A stretch of 32,000 bases of DNA from an uncultured Eubacteriales bacterium. GTDB lineage: Bacteria > Bacillota > Clostridia > TANB77 > RGIG9151. The translations under genes and the position numbers were made by a program. This document shows, one piece after another, positions 27,246 to 32,000 of the stretch. Numbering within the stretch: the first letter of the stretch is position 1; the number at the start of each line of letters is the position of its first letter. The DNA lies in NCBI GenBank assembly GCA_964640345.1, contig CAZXFU010000001.1:1-32000 (forward strand), written 5' to 3'. The notes beneath the pieces are model-generated. The model had not been told where the DNA came from, did not search any database, and saw only the letters and a list, made by a program, of their open reading frames with translations.

Positions 27246-27443
27246 ATGTGTAACAGAGATTGTTTTAGAAACTGTTGCAACAGGAGATGTTGCAGCGGAT
27301 GTTGTAATAACTATTGGAGACCTGGATGGGGTTGCGGTTGCAATGATTTTATGTCTCCACTTATGTTTATTTTATTAAGAGATACTATTCGGTCTTCTCG
27401 TTGTTGTGGATGGGTTGATCGGTATGATCAGTATAGATGTTAA
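27246..27443 (+). CDS. small cysteine-rich protein (65 aa, 13 Cys)
   Basis: GGAGG lies 7 nt before the ATG. Sequence is MCNRDCFRNCCNRRCCSGCCNNYWRPGWGCGCNDF, a hydrophobic MSPLMFILL, then RCCGW...YRC. Coding status is plausible but unproven. Confidence 0.5.
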   Translation: MCNRDCFRNCCNRRCCSGCCNNYWRPGWGCGCNDFMSPLMFILLRDTIRSSRCCGWVDRYDQYRC

Positions 27444-27688
27444 TTTTTTTAGATGAATAAAGATAGTAATAGTTTTATTGCAAAGTATACTAGTGCACAG
27501 TATGACAGGAAAAGTAAGATTTTTTTTATTGTATTTAAATTCATATTACCAACGCCTTTCAACTTTTATAGTCAAATTTAGTTTTTTCATTCTCATTATA
27601 CATTATTTAGAGGATAAAAGCCATACTAAAAGTGAGATTTTTTGAAAGGGATTATGACTGCTGTTTTGTTGTGATTAAGGTGTAGAGT

Positions 27689-28759
27689 ATGATTAAAAAT
27701 ATTGTTACTTCTGTTGTTACTACAGTTTTTGTTATGATGTTTTTTCTTGTGGGATTGGATAGTTTTGTTAATAATGAGGCTCAAAGTGAGATTAAGAATA
27801 TTTCTTATGAAGATAAGAGTGTGAAAAATACAGAGTTTGTTTATTCGGATAGTGATTCTGTTGTTCCTACTTCTTGTGTTGTCGGGATTGCTGTAAAGAA
27901 GAATAGCGGTAACAAAATTGCTCAGGTTTTAAATAATACTTGGAGCGTGGGAAGTGGATGTATCCTGAATTCTAAAGGTTTTATTGTTACTAATCAACAT
28001 GTTGTCGGTAATGAAAAAGATGAGGTGTTTGTTACTTTATATGGAGGAGATGTGGTTAAGGGTAATGTTCTTTGGTCTAATTCTAATTTAGATTTGGCTG
28101 TTGTAAAGATTGCTGTTGCCGGGCTCCCTGCTGCCAGTATGGGTGATTCGGATAAGTTAAGGATCGGGGAAAAGGCTATTGCTATAGGTAATCCTTTGGG
28201 GTTTGATTTCCAGGGAACTTTAACGTCCGGTGTTGTGAGTGGCTTAAATAGGAGTGTTGAGGTGGCAGGGATTTATATGGAGGATTTGATTCAAACCGAT
28301 GCTAGTATTAACAGTGGAAATAGTGGTGGTCCTCTTATGAACGGGAAAGGAGAAGTTATAGGGATAAATACTGTTAAAGTTGAGAGTGCTGAGGGGATAG
28401 GGTTTGCTATTCCAATTAATCAGGTTAAGCCTATTATTGATAAGATTGTTAGTAATGGTGAGTTTACAGAACCGTATTTTGGAATTTTAGGGTATGATAA
28501 GGCTATGACTTCATATGTTTCTTCTGAGGTAAAAATTAATACTGGTATTTATGTTTCAGATGTTGAGGACGGGAGTCCAGCTCAAAAGGCAGGAATAAAA
28601 AGAGGAGATGTTATTTTGGCGGTTGATGATATAGAGATTGAAAGTTTATGTAAGTTGAGAGAGGTTTTGTATAGCAAGAATATTGGAGAGAAAATGAGAG
28701 TGAATATTTTTAGAGATGAAAAAGAGCAAATGGTTATAGTTGAAGTTAAAGAAAAGTAA
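27689..28759 (+). CDS. htrA: HtrA/DegP-family serine protease with PDZ domain
   Basis: N-terminal TM helix, catalytic triad contexts TNQHVV, DLAVVK and GNSGGPL, and a C-terminal PDZ domain (GSPAQKAGIKRGDVILAVDD). Confidence 0.92.
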   Translation: MIKNIVTSVVTTVFVMMFFLVGLDSFVNNEAQSEIKNISYEDKSVKNTEFVYSDSDSVVPTSCVVGIAVKKNSGNKIAQVLNNTWSVGSGCILNSKGFIVTNQHVVGNEKDEVFVTLYGGDVVKGNVLWSNSNLDLAVVKIAVAGLPAASMGDSDKLRIGEKAIAIGNPLGFDFQGTLTSGVVSGLNRSVEVAGIYMEDLIQTDASINSGNSGGPLMNGKGEVIGINTVKVESAEGIGFAIPINQVKPIIDKIVSNGEFTEPYFGILGYDKAMTSYVSSEVKINTGIYVSDVEDGSPAQKAGIKRGDVILAVDDIEIESLCKLREVLYSKNIGEKMRVNIFRDEKEQMVIVEVKEK

Positions 28760-28812
28760 TAAAGCGAAAGCTGTATGTATAGCGGATTTTAGGTAAATTA
28801 TTGTGATAAAAC

Positions 28813-28841
28813 TTGACAACAAAAGTGTCAAAAAATATAAT
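28813..28841 (+). promoter_or_regulatory. perfect-consensus sigA promoter with palindromic -35
   Basis: TTGACA-17 nt-TATAAT. TTGACA-acaaaag-TGTCAA forms an inverted repeat across the -35. The track ORF start at 28813 is this hexamer. Confidence 0.7.
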
Positions 28842-28875
28842 ATACTTACAAGTTTATTATGAGAGGGAGATATTG

Positions 28876-30243
28876 ATGCTTTTGGAAAAAATTAATAATA
28901 ATGAATTTTCTTTTATGTTTATAAAAGTTGATGCCGGAGAAAATTTCGGCGAAGAGATAAAGGATTTTTCGGATAATAGAAAAGTTATGTTTTTTTCTGC
29001 CAATGAATTTGGTAAGCAGAGAAATCTAAATAGAATGTATAAAGAAATGGTTATGGCTTTTGAACACACAGAGACGGACAAAAAGAATGTTAGAGTTGAA
29101 GATATTTGTTCGTATATAGAGGAAAAAGGAAACAAAGAGCAAGTTATGTGGGTTATAGATAATGTTGAAGATATTTTTGATGAGGGTGATTTTTCAAAGG
29201 TTGATGCTATGTTAAAGGGACTTAAAGGTTCGGCTGATATGGTTATTTTTGCTTCTTCGAGTGGTACGTTTGCTAATAAATTTTATGATAGCAAGTTAGT
29301 TAAGTATATGGCTGCTCCGACTGTTCCTAATCAAAAAGGTTTTTTTGGTTTAGAAGAGGATAATCTTACTGCAGAGGATAAGTTTAAGTATTATGCTATT
29401 TTTGGAGATAAAAAAGAATATAGAAAGAAAATAGATTTTTCTAAAGATTTTAAAAGTAATGTTGTTAATAATTTTTTTAAGACACAAGGTTTTTTTTACG
29501 CAGAACCAAACAGATTACTAAAGAAAGAGCTTAGAGAAACACAAGTATATAATTTGATTTTAGAGGCTATTGCGAAGGGAAACACTACGTTAAATGAAAT
29601 CTCAGAATTTGTTGAGATGCCAACAAGTGTTTGCAATAAATATACTACGGTTTTATTGTCTTTAGGAATTATAAGTAAAGTTAAGCCTGCTTTTGGAAAG
29701 GATTCAAGAAAGAGCAGATATAGAATAAAGAATAATGCACTTGATTTTTGGTATTATTTTGTACCGGATAACATGAGTGATATTGACTTTAATAATGGTG
29801 AAAAAGTTTTTGATAAAAACGTGGAAGGCGGAATACATCAGTATTTACAGTTAAAGTTTCCGAAGCTATGTGAAGAGTATATAAGTAAGTTAAAAAGTGA
29901 AAATAAGATAAAGTTAGAGTTAAAAGAAATAGGTTCATGGTGGAATAAAAATGAATCTATAGATATTGTTGCAGGCGAAGGTTTATCTGCAATTGTTGCT
30001 GATTGCTATTGGAGAGATTATGAGGTTGGACTTGAAGAGCTTGGAAAACTTGAAAAGAAAGCAAAAGATTTGAGTGTTTTGGATAGAGAGTATTTTTTGT
30101 TTGCTAAGGAAGGATTTTCAACGGAACTTTTAGATTTTGCCAAAACCAGAAATGATGTTAAGCTTTATTCTTTTCATGATATGGTTAAAGGACAGGAATT
30201 GATAGAAAAACCTAAAAAGAGAGGTTTTTTCTTTAGAAGATAA
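28876..30243 (+). CDS. DUF234-type protein (archaeal-ATPase family) lacking Walker A
   Basis: The C-terminus IGSWWNKNESIDIVA...ADCYWRD matches the DUF234 pattern, with a wHTH-like middle region (YNLILEAIAKGNTTLNEI). No GxxxxGK[ST] occurs anywhere, and the Walker B position reads VIDNVED. Confidence 0.7.
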   Translation: MLLEKINNNEFSFMFIKVDAGENFGEEIKDFSDNRKVMFFSANEFGKQRNLNRMYKEMVMAFEHTETDKKNVRVEDICSYIEEKGNKEQVMWVIDNVEDIFDEGDFSKVDAMLKGLKGSADMVIFASSSGTFANKFYDSKLVKYMAAPTVPNQKGFFGLEEDNLTAEDKFKYYAIFGDKKEYRKKIDFSKDFKSNVVNNFFKTQGFFYAEPNRLLKKELRETQVYNLILEAIAKGNTTLNEISEFVEMPTSVCNKYTTVLLSLGIISKVKPAFGKDSRKSRYRIKNNALDFWYYFVPDNMSDIDFNNGEKVFDKNVEGGIHQYLQLKFPKLCEEYISKLKSENKIKLELKEIGSWWNKNESIDIVAGEGLSAIVADCYWRDYEVGLEELGKLEKKAKDLSVLDREYFLFAKEGFSTELLDFAKTRNDVKLYSFHDMVKGQELIEKPKKRGFFFRR

Positions 30244-30260
30244 GATGAAAAATTTGTTAA

Positions 30261-30320
30261 AAAAGTGAAAAATGTTATATTGACATTTTTCACTTTTTTT
30301 ACTATAATGAACATCGTTCA
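30261..30320 (+). promoter_or_regulatory. tetR promoter with operator-like inverted repeats
   Basis: TTGACA (30280)-17 nt-TATAAT (30303). A 14-bp perfect inverted repeat, AAAAGTGAAAAATG/CATTTTTCACTTTT, brackets the -35. A second repeat, TGAAC-atc-GTTCA, lies at 30308-30320. Confidence 0.65.
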
Positions 30321-30339
30321 CAAAAAAGAGGTGGTTTAT

Positions 30340-30873
30340 TTGCCAAAGAAAATAGATAATGTAAGAGAAGAGATTCTTAAAGTTGCTGCTAAATTGTTTT
30401 ATAAAGAGGATTTTAATGATATAAGCATGCGTAAAATCGCTACAGAGAGTAATGTTGGACTTGGCACTGTTTATAATTATTTTAATTCTAAAGAGGAGCT
30501 TTTGGCTGAGGTTTTTGAGAATAATGCAAATGAAAAATTTGAAAAAATAAGATTAGAAGTTGAAAATGAAAAAGATAGAAGAAATAAGTTAAAAACTATT
30601 TTTTATATAATAAAAGAAGAAATTTCTAAAATTGATAATATTCAATTAAAAAACATGATTACTACTTTGAATGAATCTCCAATAAACAAAAAAGAAATTC
30701 TTAAAGAAAAATGTATTGATTTTCATTGTAAGGTAATAAGGTATATGAAAGATGATTTAAATTTAAGAAATGAAATTGTTTCAAGAATTTTTTTTGCTAC
30801 CCTGATGTGGGCTGCTGTTTCCGGCAATGCAGAGTTTGATGATTTATGGTCGGAGTTTGAAAGACTTTTATAG
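30340..30873 (+). CDS. TetR/AcrR family transcriptional regulator
   Basis: HTH region ISMRKIATESNVGLGTVYNYFNSKEEL. TTG start follows AGAGGTGG. The track start at 30265 lies upstream of the promoter. Confidence 0.85.
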   Translation: MPKKIDNVREEILKVAAKLFYKEDFNDISMRKIATESNVGLGTVYNYFNSKEELLAEVFENNANEKFEKIRLEVENEKDRRNKLKTIFYIIKEEISKIDNIQLKNMITTLNESPINKKEILKEKCIDFHCKVIRYMKDDLNLRNEIVSRIFFATLMWAAVSGNAEFDDLWSEFERLL

Positions 30874-30891
30874 AGTGAAGGAAGGTTATTT

Positions 30892-31593
30892 ATGAGGAAT
30901 GTTATTCATGTTGAAAATTTGCGAAAAATTTATGATACCGGGAAAATTCAAGTTGAGGCATTAAAGAATATAAATTTTAATGTTGAGGAAAATGAGTTTG
31001 TTGCGATAATGGGAGCAAGTGGCTCAGGTAAATCGACTTTTATGAATATTTTGGGGTGTTTAGACACTGTTACACACGGTAAGTATGAATTAGACGGTAT
31101 AGATGTTTCTAAGATGAACTCAAGCGAGCTGGCTACAATTAGGAATAAAAAAATAGGCTTTGTTTTTCAGTCTTTTAATTTACTTCCAAAAATAAATATT
31201 TCAAAAAATGTAGAACTTCCTATGATGTATGCTGGTGTTGGGAGAAGTGAAAGAAAAAAGAGAGCTGAAGAGGCACTAGAGCGTGTTGGACTTGGAGAGA
31301 GACTTGATCATAAGCCAAATGAAATTTCAGGTGGTCAAAAGCAGAGAGTTGCAATTGCTAGGGCACTTGTTAATAATCCTAAGATTATTTTGGCGGATGA
31401 GCCGACTGGAAATCTTGATAGTAAGGTCGGAGATGAAATAATGGGCTTTTTTACGGAGCTTAATAATGAAGGTGTTACAATTGTTCTAGTTACACATGAA
31501 CCGGATATAGCAGCATTTGCTAAAAGGATTGTTGTGTTTAAAGATGGAAATATTATTTCAGATGAAATAAATAAAAACAGGAGGTCTTTATAA
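30892..31593 (+). CDS. ABC transporter ATP-binding protein (MacB/LolD-type)
   Basis: Walker A GASGSGKST, signature ISGGQKQRVAIARAL, and Walker B ILADEPTGNLD. Confidence 0.92.
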   Translation: MRNVIHVENLRKIYDTGKIQVEALKNINFNVEENEFVAIMGASGSGKSTFMNILGCLDTVTHGKYELDGIDVSKMNSSELATIRNKKIGFVFQSFNLLPKINISKNVELPMMYAGVGRSERKKRAEEALERVGLGERLDHKPNEISGGQKQRVAIARALVNNPKIILADEPTGNLDSKVGDEIMGFFTELNNEGVTIVLVTHEPDIAAFAKRIVVFKDGNIISDEINKNRRSL

Positions 31594-32000
31594 TGAAGTT
31601 CAAGTTTAAAAAAAGATATATTTTTATTGTAGTTTTAGTTTTAGTAATTGTTTTATTTTTTATTGGAGGCAGTAAAGGCGGAGTAATTCCGGCTGTTGAA
31701 ACTGTTGCGGTTACACGTGGCAATATTGAATCATTAGTTTCTATTTCCGGAAGTGTCAAGGAAAAGAATGAAAACAATGTTTTTGTTGAGAATAATGTTA
31801 AAGTAAATAAAATTTTAGTGGATGAAAATGATGAAGTTAAAAAAGGTCAAAAAATTGTCGACTTTGATATGGAAACTTTATATTCAAATTTAGAATCATT
31901 AAAACTTAATAAAGGTATTTTGGAGTTAAATTATAAAAAAGCTACTATAAGTGATGAAAATGGTATGTTATCTTTGGTTTCAACGGAAAATTCCGCAACA
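31593..32000 (+). CDS. HlyD/MacA-type efflux adaptor (5' partial, runs off window)
   Basis: The ATG overlaps the upstream stop (TAATG). It has an N-terminal TM helix (IFIVVLVLVIVLFFI) followed by a lipoyl-like segment (VKVNKILVDENDEVKKGQKIVDFD). It is not in the ORF track because it has no stop within the window. Confidence 0.75.
   Translation, partial: MKFKFKKRYIFIVVLVLVIVLFFIGGSKGGVIPAVETVAVTRGNIESLVSISGSVKEKNENNVFVENNVKVNKILVDENDEVKKGQKIVDFDMETLYSNLESLKLNKGILELNYKKATISDENGMLSLVSTENSAT

Noticed and set aside
27115-27378. An 87-aa ORF overlapping the hydA 3' end, the terminator and the Cys-rich ORF
   Set aside because: It spans an intrinsic terminator and has no SD. It is an alternative frame of the Cys-rich region, and the 27246 frame has the ribosome-binding site.
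28813-28875. N-terminal extension of the DUF234 ORF, and the similar extension at 30265-30339 for tetR
   Set aside because: The extended starts coincide with, or lie upstream of, consensus -35/-10 hexamers and lack an SD. Internal starts at 28876 and 30340 have proper SD spacing.
1-32000. Search for CRISPR arrays, tRNA, rRNA or tmRNA genes, IS elements, integrases and long direct or inverted repeats flanking the foreign ORFs
   Set aside because: None found by eye. I saw no regularly spaced repeats, T-loop GGTTCGAAT-type motifs, recombinase-like ORFs or duplicated target sites. A computational repeat and tRNA scan would be needed to be certain.

Overview
This window is the replication-origin region of a very low-GC, spore-forming Clostridia-type Firmicute. 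The left arm is mostly on the minus strand: DUF4446, parB and parA, then rsmG-mnmG-mnmE-jag-yidC-yidD-rnpA-rpmH, then comEA, spo0A, yigZ and pcrA. Its plus-strand exceptions are tdk, a dac-type carboxypeptidase, an uncharacterised 177-aa ORF, and the two foreign ORFs described below. A bipartite oriC with DnaA-box clusters flanks dnaA, followed by dnaN and recF. The right arm is mostly on the plus strand. It carries a convergent operon of three small proteins, a HydC-HydB-HydA [FeFe]-hydrogenase operon, a 65-aa Cys-rich ORF, htrA, a DUF234-type protein with no Walker A, tetR, and a MacB-type ATPase plus a HlyD-type adaptor that runs off the window. I found no CRISPR array, tRNA, rRNA, integrase or transposase. 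The strongest anomalies are two ORFs with foreign composition (about 40-60% GC in hand counts, against about 18-30% nearby). Each has its own sigA-type promoter and strong SD, each is followed by an intrinsic-terminator hairpin (the second possibly shared with comEA), and each is transcribed head-on to replication inside otherwise conserved synteny. The first (3201-4400, in the parA-rsmG gap) encodes a fused degenerate-HD plus intact-HD, YfbR-like protein. The second (10838-11353, in the rpmH-comEA gap) is a 171-aa orphan with no motif I recognise. All functional calls come from by-eye motif recognition; no database search was possible.
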